Assembly (NCBI GenBank): GCA_050575255.1
Contig: JBNZDD010013729.1
Span: 10,046,312-10,110,311, forward strand
Reading direction: 5' to 3'
Length of the DNA: 64,000 nt
Source of the DNA: Harriotta raleighana
Lineage: Eukaryota
The position numbers were made by a program, and so were the translations under genes. Below are positions 11,681 through 25,809 of the stretch, piece after piece (the first letter of the stretch is position 1; each line of letters opens with the position of its first letter). The notes beneath the pieces are model-generated. The model was not told the DNA's origin, searched no databases, and was given only the letters and a program-made list of their open reading frames with translations.

Positions 11681-13248
11681 GGGATTTGGCCTTAAATAGT
11701 TACTAGACTTGATAGAAATTACACATCAAGCACTTTGACTTAATGATGTTACATCAAATGCAAGGATTCTTATAGGAATACTGTATTTGACTAAAAGTAG
11801 TCTTATGGTCAAAAACATTGTTTGAGTAAAAAATCAATTGGCAAATCTGTGCATTGAATTCTTTTGCCGTCAACAATTTCAGGGCGTAGTGTCTGAAAGC
11901 GTTAATGGGAGCACAACAAAGAGACACAGGCAATAATCCTTCCCAATCATCACCCTCCAGATGGTGGAATTTCTCTTACAAATTAGAAGAAGAAACTGGC
12001 AAGGGGAGAACGCAAGAGACTTTCCTCCAAATTAGCACATAAATTGCCAGATCAGTACAATCTCTAGAGGTTATTCTGAGACTCTACAAACCACTGGTCA
12101 GACAACACTGGTAGATCTGTTTGGTCAATTCACCACAGAAAAAAACATCTACAGTATAAACTTTGGATGGGATGCACAGCAAATCAACAAGATCCCCTTT
12201 TTGAATTGAGCAATGAGGAAGCACTACAGAAACTTAATCTCTAAAGTCTAGACTAGAAACGTTGAGAAAGAATGTTACTGAGGTCTTTATACAATATTAA
12301 AGGATATAACAAACAGCTTAAGTGCCTGCAACATTAGACAGAAAAGACAGCCAAGCTCCCGATAGCATAATCTGAGACCAACTGGTTATACTTTGCTCTC
12401 AATAACATTTCATTGGCATTTGGATTCTGTCAGCCCTTGTGGTTTGTTTTATCCATGGATCAATATCATAAGCACCTGCAAGACAGACAGAATGTAACAC
12501 ACAGTTCTGGCTCACAGTTGTGAGCCAATAACTCCAATTAACTATTCCGCAATTTTGAAGAGTGAATTAAAAACTCATCCCAACAAGCACACAGTGTTGT
12601 TGCAAGTGCACAAAATGACAAACATAGTTTGTACAGACAACAAATCAGATGTAACACAAGGAAATATATAATTTAAAAAAATAATAATTGATGTTTTTCA
12701 ACAACATGCTTTTGGTTATTCCGCCCCCCCACCCCACACACACAACCAACCTCCATCTATTTTTTCTCTCTCTATGACCATGTCCATGACCATGTTTTCA
12801 CTTCAATACCACTGGAGTGTCACTTGTCAGGCAATCTGAGGTCACACCAAATTCCCTCAAGAAAGCATCACCTGTTCCTAAGAATTTCAAAGCCAGGAGA
12901 GATGGCTTAGTTGAAAACTAGAATTCATTTGAGATTTAGCAGCTGTGAGAATATCCTTTTGAGACATCCCAAGCTGCTATAGTACATTCTATTGAAGCCT
13001 CCTCTTTGATCTGAAGAAAAAAAGAAAAAAAGGGAGAAATATTACCAGTTTATCTGGGACTATCATCTCCTTATATTGGCCCCAAATATCTCTACTGTAA
13101 CCTTCTCGGTTGTGTTGAGCGTTTTCAGTTACTCTGATCGACCCTTGGCATATTTGTCTTTGCCCACCTTCCCAGTCACGTGTCGTATCAGCTTTGCAAC
13201 TCTGATGTTGCATTTACACAAGAACATCTCTCCTCTGCTAGTTAAACA

Positions 13249-13305
13249 GAGTAAGGAAACTTGCCCAATGCTTCGCCCTGCCTAGGAATCTCGCTTGCGA
13301 GGCAA
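13249..13305 (-). mobile_element. tRNA-SINE 5' fragment
   Basis: gagtaaggaaacttgcccaa...ccctgcc. Confidence 0.65.
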
Positions 13306-13445
13306 TAAGAGGAAGATCACCTTGATGGCATTAAAACCATGAACCTGTAGATTCTATTCCATTCATCTTCAAGTTTTGAACCAAAATGGTTAGGGGGAAA
13401 TCGATAGACCTCAATGTACGAACTTTCATTGGAAACATTTTAATA

Positions 13446-13751
13446 CAGTAAAACCTTGTTTATCTGGCATGCTTGGGGAGAGTGGGGGGGGTTGACTAAT
13501 TGACTGTGCCGGATAAACGGGGGACAAATTGCTGAAAACCCAACATATTTTAAAACATACCATGTTAATAATACACTAAATAGTAACAGAACATTGTATG
13601 GATACTTACTAATAAAGCATTCCAGCACAGTCGGTAAAAAGATCGGTAAAAAAGCATGTGAGCAAACTCGTGATTCCTGGAATAGGAAATTGCCCCGGGA
13701 GGGGGTCGAGCAATCCGGTTGATCGGGTCAAGGATAAACAAAGTTTTACTG
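13446..13751. mobile_element. pogo/Tigger-type MITE (Tc1/mariner superfamily)
   Basis: TIRs cagtaaaaccttgtttatc / gataaacaaagttttactg with TA on both sides; homologous to 50563-50939. Confidence 0.85.
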
Positions 13752-13867
13752 TATGTGGGCCGGTTGAAATATAAAACAGCTGTCTTTTGAGAGCAAACTA
13801 ACCTGAATATAAACAACACAAATCAATTTTACGCTTGATTCTGAAAGCTTTGATTCTCAGAAAATTA

Positions 13868-14000
13868 TTTGGGGAGGACAGGTTTGCAGGGCTATGGGGA
13901 GAGAGAGAGCGGAGGATTGTGATTGATTTGGAAAAGCTCTTTTCAAAGAGTCGGCACAGACAAGAGGGCTGAATGGCCTCCTCCTATGCTGTATAATTGT
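13868..14000 (+). mobile_element. CR1 LINE 3' end
   Basis: cagggctatggggagagag...ggcacagacaagagggctgaatggcctcctcctatgctgta, typical CR1 3' UTR. Confidence 0.75.
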
Positions 14001-15089
14001 ATCAGTCTCTGAGATGTTGGAAGTGAAAAGGGGTGGGGAGGTCAAAGCTTAAAATGAAAATGCATTCAAGAGCATGAAGAGCAAAAAACATTGATTGTTT
14101 CAAGAGTAAAGTTTAGATAAAGTCAATAACTTCCTCATAACATTTAGATTTTACTCTGAATTTGCTTCCTTTCTGGGGGTGGAGCGAGACATCAAAGATA
14201 ACTTGCAACAAGAAACATATTTTTTCAATCATTAGTATTATTATATAAATTTATTATTGCACTACATTCCAAATAATCATGCAAAATAAATAATACCTCA
14301 GTTATTCTAGGGTTTAACCAGTGTTACATGAATCTCTTTGGTCACTGGCCATCTGTTTCAGCCTGTTTTAGCCTTAACATAACAGATGTTGAACTGGATA
14401 GAATTGTAGCCAGGTTTTGATTTTCAGAATCGGGGGGTGGTTTATATATGTGTGTGTGTTGTGGGTGCCGGAAAATCAATAGTCATGCAAATAATACTAG
14501 TTTAAAAAAACAATACCTTTGAAATGAATTGGTTACATGCTGAATCTCTCCATTTTCTCCGCTTGGAAAAGCCACTTATTAATATGTAAACTCCTCCAGC
14601 AAGGAGAGGATAGTATTATTGAGCTTAATTCCTTCAGTGCTGATTCAGAGCTATGTCTACAGGGCATTTGCTCAATTCGAAACAGTTTGGATCCAAGGAA
14701 CTCAATTCAATTGTTACTCTCAGCTACAGTAAGATATTTTTGACTTAGGTTTTAACAAACTTACGTGGTCGATGAAGATAACATCGTTTTGAAAAACATG
14801 CCTGACAGATGGGGAGAAAATCTCTTTGCTGTCACAAATACTTAAAATTCAAGGCCATACAATTTGAGGAGGGTAAGAGGAGAGGATGGGGGGGAGGGGG
14901 GGAATACATTTGATGTAGCACTTGATCGGGTCATTGAAATGTCACAAAGTGGTTCACAACTTTACAGTAAAATCTGGTTACGACAGTGAAACATGATGGC
15001 AGGCAATTTGTACACTGTAATATCCTACAAATAGCCATGAAGTGAATGATCAATTTTACGCCGGGAATGTTGGCCAAAACTCTGAAAAA

Positions 15090-15312
15090 GGCGCTTCTCT
15101 TTTTGAGCATTACCTCGGGATCTTTAATCTCCATCTCAACAGGTAGAGAGGGATGGAACCTCTCTTTCATGTCTCGTGCGTTCAGCATTTCTCCCAATGC
15201 AGCATTCCCTCATTGTCCCACTGCGGTGTCAGTTTGGATGAGGCACTCAAGGCCCCAATGGTGGAGCTTGGACCCACAATCAGAGGTAAGAGCAACAGCA
15301 AACCCAGCCAGG
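15090..15312 (-). mobile_element. Old Deu-domain SINE
   Basis: Reverse complement of head plus Deu core (gggatctttaatctccatct...tgcagcattccctca...gtgtcagt...cttggacccacaa). Confidence 0.6.
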
Positions 15313-16427
15313 CTTCCACTGAAAGCCACGGGGCCACCTTGCTTAACCTTTGGAGAAGAAAGTTTGAAAATGATAATGGCACCACATTGTTGCAGCGCCT
15401 GTCGTGTAAACCGTGATTAAATGCAAAAAAAATCCTATGTAATCAATCTCAATTAACAGAACTGCTTTGGAAGGCAGATTACCCACTGGTTTGCACCACA
15501 AAGTGAGAGGGCACAGAGCATTCATTTTTAAGTTGTCCAAATGATCAAGTTTGTTGCACTATGTGTAGCCTGGATTGGGACAACACTGAAAACCTTCTTC
15601 TGAATGAGTCATGCGACCCGCAGTACACAGCTGGCCTTCGTGAAAATATAATCTGTCCTTTCGTCGACAAGTCAGTGCAAAATCCTAAATCTTTCATGTG
15701 GTTTTTTTCCAAAAAATACTGAATAAAATATTTACCAAGTCAAGTGTTGTGTTTAAAAAAGACCGACCCAAAAATAATCTTTTTGGACATAAGGACATGT
15801 ATTGAGGAATGAACACCACAGGGGAAATGATGGGAGTAAAACTCTTTAAGTATTGGAATATCTGAACATCTTCCTCTCCCACCGTCCCTACAGTCACCTC
15901 CCAATCCTCCTGGCTCAGCATTGTCAAGCACTCTAGAATGCTATTCTGCGTGAGGGGCGCTGAGCAACTTATTGCACAGTTATCTCGACACTGTCCAGTT
16001 GCAATGGTCTAAATTAGTTAATGTGAAGACATAATATATCAAACGCAATCATTCTTATTATTCTTGTCATTATTTTTGTGGGGCTAAAATAATCCAAATC
16101 CATCAACAATCACTATGTGAGAATAGCCACTCACTCTTAGGCAATCCTTAAACCTGCGAATCCTTAAGCAATTACTCTTGAGATTCTATTTCAAAAGCAG
16201 GTGAGAATTCAACAGCCTCGTGAGTTTCTGCTTCAGGCAACTCAGCCATTGCTTTTTATACAGGGAACAGTCACAACAGTCATTTTGTTTGTTTGTTTGT
16301 CTTGCACGCAAATTTTATCTCCGCTCTCCATCTTTCCGCCTCCACATTCATGCAAACTCGGCCCCACCCGCCTCACCACCCCATTGATTTGGTTTGTGGG
16401 ACAAGGACACTGGCTCGCCCGTGACAT

Positions 16428-16540
16428 GTAATAAAAATAATCCTTGCATTTGATGTAGTGCTTTCCAAGTCTTCTAGACGTCTCAAAGGGCTTCACAGAA
16501 CACACTGTAAAGTGAATTTGACTGTATCTTTGTGGAAGTA
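16428..16540 (-). mobile_element. tRNA-SINE 3' fragment
   Basis: aataatccttgcatttgat...ctgtaaagtgaatttgactg. Confidence 0.8.
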
Positions 16541-17375
16541 CAGTCCATTCACTTTTCAGTAGGTTCTGCAAAACACGTGGCCTTGTGTAAGTAACTAAGA
16601 CTGTGTGTTTCCACTTAAAACCTGTAACATTTTCCCAGAAATAAAAACACCTAAACACAGCGAAAAGTAATCCTGTCACTGAACTGGATTATGCTGCTGT
16701 GTGCTTTATTATCAATGCACTGTGCCCCAGAGACGTCCCAGTTATTTTCTCTCTGTAAATATCCACCAGGAACACTTATTACAACAGAAGGCACATGAGA
16801 GATATGAAGATGAGATGCCAAGGGTTATTTTTTTCTGGCAGATTAACACAGATGGACCAAGGTTCTGAGCAAGCAATCACACAGGCAGACAGACGAAGGG
16901 GGGTGGTGGGGGGGGAAGATCACTTCAATGCATATGGTCATAAAAATCATTCTTCTATTGAGCCTTTAATTATAAACGTAGGGAATTAATTGAACAGCTT
17001 GTTTTCGAAACTGATTAATATTTAGTACACCACACTCCTCCTGCTTCTCTTCAGCTATTGCCAACTAAAAAGGACAAAAATGAGGAGGGGGCGGTGGGGG
17101 GGCAAAGAGTGGGATAATAATTTGTTTGCCTGTTTTTTTCACGATTTGCGACATGCAAAATGGGGTGATCTTGAGTTGTCAATAGGTTCAAAATACCCGT
17201 GTTTCTGAACGGAAGACTTTCAAAAGGAATCTAAGTCAAAAGAGACCCCCTAGTCTGATAAACCACTCGATTTACAGTGAAGTCCCCATAAATTGACAGG
17301 AATTCTAACCACAGATTTGCAGTGTTACCATACAGAAACTGGCCATTTCAGTCCAACTAGTCCATATCAGCATTT

Positions 17376-18065
17376 AAGAACATAAGAATTAGGAGGAGTA
17401 GGCCATTCGGCCCTTCAAGCCTGCCCCGCCATTCAATAAGATCATGGCTGATCTTCTGACCTAATTCTAATTACCTGCCCTGTCCCCATATCCCCTAATC
17501 CCTCTATTTTTTTTAACAATCTATCAGTCTCAGCCTTGAAAATGTTCAAGGACTGAGCATCTACAGCCTTCTGGAGTGAAGAAATGTTTCCTCAACTATG
17601 TTCTAAAAGGCTGACCCTTAATTTTAAGACTGTGACCTCTGGTTATAGATTCTCCTAGCAGGGGAAACAGTCCCTCAGTGTCTACTTTATCCAGCCCTTT
17701 ATGTTTCAATAAGATTCCCCCCCTAATTCTTCTGTACTCTTAAGAGAATGCAGCCCTAGTTTATTCAACCTATCCTCATAGATCAGTCCCCTCATCCCAG
17801 GAACTAACCTACTGAATCTACGCTGCACCCCCTCTAAGGCAAGTATGTCTCTTTTTAAATAAGGAGACCAAAACTACACACAATACTCTAGGTGTGGTCT
17901 CACCAAAGCCTCTGTACAGTTGCAGCAAGACTTCCCTACTCTTGTACTCTATAAACCTTTTGAAATGAATGCTAGCATGCTGTTTGCCTTCTTAATTGCT
18001 TGCTGCATCTGCAAACTAACTTTTTGAGACTGGTGAGCAAGGACACCCAAATCCCTTTGAATACT
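17376..18065 (-). mobile_element. CR1 LINE 3' fragment (~690 bp)
   Basis: aagaacataagaa...ggccattcggccc 3' end; minus-strand translation includes QRDLGVL.HQS.KVS.Q.QQAIKKANSMLAFISKGL. Confidence 0.9.
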
Positions 18066-18072
18066 AACACTA

Positions 18073-18130
18073 GCACCTTGGGACATCCTCCTGACGTGAA
18101 AAGCACTATGCAAATGTAATGTTGTTGTTG
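18073..18130 (+). mobile_element. L2 LINE minimal 3' tail
   Basis: ccttgggacatcctcctgacgtgaaaagcactatgcaaatgtaat(gtt)n. Confidence 0.7.
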
Positions 18131-20869
18131 AACTCTCCATTCGCCTCCACCTATGCTAATTCCCTCTCCCCTAACCCTGTTTCTAATCTTATCACCATCT
18201 CTTGTGATTGCAGTTTGATATTTTGATGCATTTGGTGGTTATACATTTTACTTCCTTTCAGATGCGTAGAGAGATGACAGCGTTTCCATGAAACTTTACG
18301 TCGTCACTTCATCCATTCCATCTACTGTCACCTCCGACAGACTGAAATTGCAATGACCTGCGAACTCGACTGAAGTCTTTAATAATGTTGTACTTTAACG
18401 TAAGTCAATTTGTACAGAGCGGCATTGAATAGAGAAGAAATTTCTTCAATTATGCATTTTGATCTGTCATGTTATTTTGTTTCACTCTACTCCTTAGCTC
18501 CCTCGTTTACCTGTGCACAGGTAGATAACCTGCTTTCAGGACACTAGCATTGCAGAAGTTTTAAGTACACAAGGGTTTCAAGAACATGGGAGGATTTCAG
18601 ACACTATACTGTATTCCTGTATGCCAGATTGATTAGACCATCCTTCCCAGTTTCTCCTCGCCTCTGGACTGCGGCGCTCCATCTACTGGCTCGGCCTTGA
18701 ATTGACAAAACCAATCTACTCAAGTTCAATCATTCATTACAAAAGTACAATGTTGAAAACTGACACTTTAAGTGAGATGAGAATATTCAGCCTTGCAGTT
18801 TCAGTAAGATAGATCTGCTTGGCCTGTGGCCTTATTACCTAGCTCCAAATTAAGCCTCCAATTTATTCATCCTGCTTAGAATGTCAATGATCGCTAATCT
18901 AGATGTGTAGATAAATGCACAGATTGGGTACTTTGCTCTAGGACTGTGCAATCTAACATCAGAACTTACTGCAAAACTAGGTTTGAAAATGATCTTTTTT
19001 TTATGCTTTGAAGGGAATGATATCGCAATCTTTGGACTGATGGAAATGGACCAATTTCTCCAACCACCCATCCTGCATTTTCATTGACTCTACGCTGATC
19101 GACAATGGTTCTTGTTGTGTATGTAGAAAAACTAATCAAAATAACACGACAAGGTAAATATCGAGCTTAGCCGGAGACGTCTGGAAGCAAAGACTGTCAA
19201 AAACTCAGATATCATCTTACTACATACCAAGTTGCATTACACTTTGGTCCATTCATTTTAAAATCTGTAACATCCAAGAGCAATAATTTACATTTAGTTA
19301 GGGTTTTTCATGAAAAGTAGCATCTCACAGCTGACAGCTAAGAAAATGAGAACTGTTGCAACACACTTGCTGACAGCCATATAAACCACGCAACTGAACC
19401 CTTCATTGGCAGCAAAAGACCAGCCTGGGACAGAGAAGGAAAATCTTTGGTGTTTTCACCCAATCTGCAGTCATCAACTCATCTTTTGTCAGTTTCTACA
19501 GAAAGAATAATGGGAAAACTGTATTCGAATGTACTTAACTTTGCTCAGGAAACCTGTCAAGCAAAGCTGGACAGAGCGTGGCTACTTATTGTGCACTTTG
19601 TCTCTCATGATTCACTAAGTTGTGATTATACCTGCCCTGGCTGTTCGAAGAATAAATCAATAAGTTTTTAATTCAAAAATAATTTGAGTAGCTGCAGTTG
19701 GCTGCACTTTTGGAATGCTGCTCAGAGACGTTCAAAGCGTAATACCACCCACACAGGAGAAATCAATGGAGAAATGCTCATTTGTTCCTCTCAAAACCTC
19801 TGTGGGTGGGAAGGTTAAGGTGGTTTTATCAATAAAAAAGGTGAAAGGAAATTATTTTTTTACCAATGGAAATTTATGGATTTGCTTTGCCATTGGCACA
19901 ATGGGATATAACAGTGTTTTAAGTTCATAAGCAGAGTATGTATGACAGTCAGTCAGTCAGTCCGTCAGTCACTCATCTCTCCAAAGGCTCACACTGCTGA
20001 GACAAGGCAATGAACATCAATCTACCAATGCTACGGTTCTCAATGAATGTAACAGGAGGGTTGATATCCCTCACTCCAAAGCCGAGGAAAGAACGGGAGA
20101 TATGGTGGGAGAGGTATGTTGGCAAAGAAAAAAGATGATCTGAAAATCTCCATACCATCTGATTGATAACAACAACATGGGAGGATCTTGCTTGGTTTAT
20201 CCCAAAATATCAGCACCTGTTTGGAAAAGAAGCTTTAACTATCTAAGTATAAGAAAAACACATTGGGAGCACATTGTACCAGCAATAATGTTGAAAGAAG
20301 CAACGCAATACTTAGTTGATACAGACAACAAGTCAAAGTCCTCAATACCAAATTAGCCATCAGACTTCCTGATAATCAGAGATTATAACCTGCAGGACTG
20401 CAAATACAAACAAACCAGGTATAGCTTTGTAAAGATATCCTGCAAGCTCTTGTATTTAACATTTTGCCTACATTATCCGAGAGATTTTCTGTAACCAGGT
20501 TAGATGTAATGTGTAATGTTTAATTACTCCCTCTAGCAAGCACTGTAGAATGCATGAAAATATTGGAACAAATATGGTCTTTATGTGAGCATCCCCATTA
20601 AGCGAGTGCTATTTATCTATCGCTCTCAGAATGTTTCCATTGATTTTCTCTGAGATTTTCTTCTTTCTTATTTAAAAATAAATAGCATGTCTGATTTTAA
20701 AAACCTTTGAAATATTATTGGGTTTCATACCGACTTACCATATTGTAATGAATTTTTTCAGCATCTATGATTATTTAATTTTAAATTGCTAAAACCGTCT
20801 CTTTAAAGCAGGAACTGACTTGAAATAACACCCTAGATAATTGCAGGGATCAATTCAAATTTAGCATTT

Positions 20870-20954
20870 TGTCCACAAAATATATAGTCAATCCATTTTA
20901 CAGTATGCTCTGTGAAGCACTTTCAAATATCTAGAAGATGTGAAAAGCACTATT
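20870..20954 (+). mobile_element. tRNA-SINE 3' fragment
   Basis: ttttacagtatgctctgtgaagcacttt...gtgaaaagcacta; abuts the next SINE head. Confidence 0.75.
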
Positions 20955-20956
20955 AA

Positions 20957-21271
20957 GAGTCCTGTAGCTCAATGGTTAGAGCACGCGCCTTACAAGCGAG
21001 TGACCTGGGTTCGATTCCTGTCAGGTTAGGGTAAAACCTTGAATATGTTTCCTTATACCACATGCCTGATAATAATCCCTCAAGAAAAAAACAATAATAA
21101 ATTCTTCATTTCAATCCACGACTATTTTTGAGCCACTGCTGTGCACAATTGGCTGCCACGTTTCGCTCACAAATATACTGTCAGTTCACTTCACAGTATA
21201 TTCTGTGAAGCACTTTGAGAAGTCTAGAAGACATGAAAAACGCTATATCAAATGCAAGGATTATTATTATT
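20957..21271 (+). mobile_element. Full-length tRNA-derived SINE
   Basis: A-box tagctcaatgg, B-box gttcgattcc, body and tail. Confidence 0.92.
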
Positions 21272-21292
21272 CAGTTGCCACAAAGAATAAAC

Positions 21293-21385
21293 GCGTGTGT
21301 GTCTATATGCGTGTGTGTGTGTATACACATGTGTGTGCTGCGCACTTGTGTGTGAATGTGTGTACATGTGTGAGAGTGTGTGCGT
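21293..21385. repeat. Degenerate (TG)n microsatellite
   Basis: Direct reading. Confidence 0.75.
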
Positions 21386-21439
21386 CTCACAGCCATCCAA
21401 AGGGGTAGCATAGAGGTTCTCTATCCTCTCACATTGTTA

Positions 21440-21545
21440 TATAATAACAATAATAATCCTTGCGTTTGGTATCACCTTATCACATTGTTGATACATATCA
21501 AAACGTTTCATGTGAAGTGGTTTGGCTGTGTTTTGTGGGTACAAC
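21440..21545 (-). mobile_element. tRNA-SINE 3' fragment (old)
   Basis: aataataatccttgcgtttggtat... Confidence 0.6.
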
Positions 21546-23029
21546 ATTGAGGACATTGGAAGCATTTCTGCATCAATTCTTTTCAGTATTAAAGGTGAAT
21601 TAATCTCCTGTAGTTTTCAGCTGCAAAAATATATCAGCCATCCTCCATTACATTGTAATTATTTGACTTCTATATAATAATTAAGAACACAAGGAACAAT
21701 TATCAAAATGATTCAACAGTTATTAGATTTTATGTTTCTTCAAACTTATCTTCCCTACGTTTCTGTAAATTGTCAAGCATTTTGTCAACGCTAAATCAAT
21801 TACTTTAGGAAATACGCAAGCTAGGTACAAACCCAAATCTGAAGCATGTGATTTATACATTGTAAGAACGACCTTCAGGATAGTATTGAGCCTTTGGAAA
21901 AAGCCATTGCAGAATTAACTTGTCATAATTTTGCCATCTTTCAACTGCAGACTGTAATTGAAAACACCACAAGCTGTGAAGGAACATCCGTGCTCCTGAG
22001 AGAACATAAAATATGCTTTCTTTATTTACAAAAAACACACAGCCTCGAAAAGCTCCGCCAGTCTTAAATGTAATTCCTCCCCCATCGCCCCCCCACCCCA
22101 CCGACCACATCAACTTCTTTGAGACTATGTGCCTCATCACTAAAGGTGTCACCTGTAAGTAGGATTCTTAATAGTTCCAATGAAATACTTGCAATAAATA
22201 CATCTACGTCTCTCGCCGTTCGACGGGAAACAACGTACGTATGAATTGTAACAACACAAGTCTCATGTGCGATGTTGTAAAGAGACTGGGTAATTCAAAA
22301 AGAAATCAAACGAAGCGGGTCGGATACTGTGAAGGGGTCAATTGGAGAATATGTAAAATGTGGGATTGCATTTTGTTTTAAAAAAAACAGATCAAGTATA
22401 TAATCCTAAACAATTCTGGGAACTTCTCAACTGCCTACAGTTTGGCTTCCATTGGATCGACTCCATTGGAGCTTTGATTCACGGTTTATCTTTTACGAGA
22501 TAATGGCGCCTCTTTAAACCACACAACCATGAACAATTGCGCCTGTTATCACATCGCTGGCATTTTTTCCTCTTTTCCATTTCAGTCCGGAAACATCAAA
22601 CAAATTGTGGTCACGACCCCCATAAAAGAAGACAAAAATTTGTGGGAGTTGTGGGAGATTTGTTTTTAAAACAAAGAACAGAGTCATTTTCAGTTCACAC
22701 TAGGTACTTTCTCTTCAGGTTTACTGGAGATATTTATGTTGTGTTCCACAACTTTGTGTTCCGCATCTGGTTTGTGTGAAACTGATTGAAAAAGTTGAAA
22801 TCGTTGGGCTTTCTTTATTTACCTCTGCAAAAGCTGTTCTTAGGCAGAAAATTACTCAGTTCCTACAATCTTCCAGTCTATAAATCTTGTCAATCCATGT
22901 CCTCTCCATTCTGGGTATAATTAATCTCCCTTTATATACTATAGTATATGTCATTACAATACTTTTGTTGTGTCTAGATGTGAAAGAGTTAGTTGGTTAA
23001 TTGCATTTTATGCAACAACAAAATGTTAA

Positions 23030-23135
23030 TAATAATCAGAATATAAACCTTGCATTTGATATAATGGCTATCACATCTTCACGACGTCTCAAAGCGCTTC
23101 ACAGAACTTGGCAAAGTGTATTTTTGGGGCACAAA
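23030..23135 (-). mobile_element. tRNA-SINE 3' fragment
   Basis: ccttgcatttgatata...acgtctcaaagcgcttcacagaa. Confidence 0.7.
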
Positions 23136-23211
23136 TGTTCCTACGGAAGCAGAGTATCTCGGTTAGAGTTGGTGAAGAATGAATAATATCAGTCACAAGT
23201 TCATATACAGT

Positions 23212-23270
23212 TGGTTTTGGGGACGTTATCCCATGTGAAAGGGGCTATATAAATACAAGTTGTTGCTGTT
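23212..23270 (+). mobile_element. L2-type minimal 3' tail
   Basis: ttggggacgttatcccatgtgaaaggggctatataaatacaagttgttg. Confidence 0.6.
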
Positions 23271-25809
23271 CTGCGACTGAAATATCAATGTGTTCACCCT
23301 AGATCTGGAGGCCGACAAAGTGAATTTCAGGCACAAGGTTTCTCACTGAAGCACTGAAGAGCCAGAGACTAAGAAAGAGGCTGTGAACCACAAAATCAAA
23401 GTGTTGCTGCTGGAGGTATAACTAAGCCTGAAGGAACTTGTTTGAGCTGGCGCATTTCTCGTTGAGACGCACAGAGTTTATCTCTGTGAAAGTGTATTGT
23501 CTGGGGACATCTAACCTGTGTGCTGAAACTTAGGGAACCTTTCAAAACTGCTCCTACAGAACTCGGATATTTTTTTTTCTTGCGCTCCCCGCACTGTCTG
23601 CAGAAACCTTTTGGCCCCTTACTCTGGGATTGAGTGTAAATAAATGATATGGTTTGTTCTTGTCACTGACAAATAAGTTACATTGGAAAAAAAAGGCTTC
23701 AGTTTGAATGCTTAGACATTTAGTGAGAATGATTAGAAGTTTTTTGTGACCACAAGGTGAGTGATTTATTGTGTGAGAATAGTCCATTTTCTATTTTGAG
23801 AATCACAGTCAGTATCCAGTATTCTCAGGTCAGTCACAGCACAAGGCTTGATGTTTCCTCTATTCTTGTCCCAACATGACGTCTTAACCCCTAGCCTCAG
23901 AAGGGCAAGTGTGACATTTTCCATTAGTCACAGCTGCTATCTTTACAGGATCTGTGAGTAAGACTGCCAATTTAGTGCCAATTAGTGGTAAAATATGTGC
24001 AGGTTTATTCTGTGGGTTCATATCTAATGGGAACTGGATTGAGACTGCCTCAATACATTTCACTGTGGACCAGTGTAATCATCAGAAGACTGAGACTTTC
24101 ATCTCGTCAAACAGAGGTGTGGAATTTCACCAAAGCTCTAGATATGAAAGTAACAGTATTCTAAACTACGATGTTATTAGTTCCCCATCAAAGCATTAGT
24201 AATAAATATCTTTTTGCAATTATTTTGGTCGCCTAAATCAGGATAATAAGTGAACATTCTCAGTTTATTTCCTCTCACACTATTTTTTATCTCATTCTTT
24301 TAATAAGGATCCAAATCTCTTTTCTAAAAATGTGGTGTCACCTTTTTTCCCCTAGTGTCCCTGTGACATGTATTATTTGTGGTCGAGTAACAGGCAGGTG
24401 ACGGATGACCCGTTGTTAGGAAACCTCGGAGCTAATCTGTGTCCTACAGCAAGACTCCTCCTCTAAAGCAAGATCTTGGAAAGGTAAAAACATCATTGGC
24501 TATCATTAGGGTCCACACCAATTTCTGAATGGTAAAACTTGGTTCCCAACACTGTTCTGAAGAGTCAGTTCTGGTTAATGTCAATAGAGCCGCTTCATAT
24601 CTCCCCATATCTCACTTCCCTGGAAACAAACTAGGAATGGCCTGTCACAGCTAAAGTAGAAAAGCAAGGATTCTTTGCTCTGTGTATCCAGAATCCATGA
24701 TTCTTTTCCTCCGTGACTAGGGAGAGAAATTGAAACTAGTAGCGCTTCCCGTAAACATTTGGTTAATTAATCAGAATGAAGAAATAATAGGAACTATGAG
24801 GTTTCTCTTTAGTCTGAGTGTAAGTCTTTCTTTCCCCATGTTCAACCTGACAATGCTTTCCTGTGTCTCGAATGACTGAAACAACAGCGTCCTAACAAGT
24901 TAGAATTGGTTCATATGCCCTTGTGTCAGAGTTGTGTCAAACATAATAAACTAAACGCATATTACTGGAGGTGCTGGAAAATCTGAAACAACAACAAATT
25001 ACAATATATTTGAACAGCAACATTTCATGTCAGGAGGGAGTGTTCAAGAATTTACAGACTGTCTGTCCTCAAGAATCTCAACAGAAGATCAGAGATTCTC
25101 TGAGCTAAGCGCTCTATCATCGTCAGTGATGCGATTGATTTATTTTAGGAAATATTCATGTTAATAGATGTTGCACAGTTTAAATTCATGGCAGGCTTTC
25201 CAAATTAACAAATCAGGTGTGTACACATGCCAGAATTAGACTCTTTAAGATATTCTTCTCAGTGTGAGTGAGCTGATCTACAGCAAATAAATAATGTTGC
25301 TGGGTAGCTCTGTAATATCCCTGTCATTACATATAGGAATAAAAAGAAATTGTTTTAATTTCATGAAAGAAACAATGAAACCTCATTTTATCTATCACTT
25401 GATAGAAATATTTGCTGGAAATTGACTCATATTTTTCAAAAGATAATTAAAATTGATTTTAAGTCCAACAGTGCTGGGGTTGCAAATATTTAGTGTTATT
25501 ACTGCTGTTCCATACTGCACTATCAAACTTGATTAGATAATTTCTAAATGAGAGTTTGCTCAAGCAATGGCCAATTTTGGATAAGGTTGTGAAAGCTCAA
25601 GGATGAATTAATGACAGTATTACCTGAATTTAGGTTCAAGCCCACACTGATTCAGTAACAATTGGATGCTAGACTCTCAAAACTAATTCACAATCTCCAC
25701 TAAATAACCTTGGGATATCACATTTGCTTTTGGTAATGACAGTTTATACACTAAGAAAACTGAATGAATTTAAGCACATGTCTAAGTTTATGTAGTATAT
25801 CTTATTAGA

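Noticed and set aside
11953-11967. CTCF-like motif cctccagatggtgg
   Set aside because: Imperfect match, and a single short motif is not enough evidence
12508-12527. 9-bp-stem palindrome tggctcaca-gt-tgtgagcca
   Set aside because: Isolated and short; plausible by chance in 64 kb
18262-18399. Exon-like segment (cctttcag acceptor, gtaagt donor)
   Set aside because: Stops in all three frames and no supporting neighbouring exons; a non-coding exon cannot be supported without RNA data
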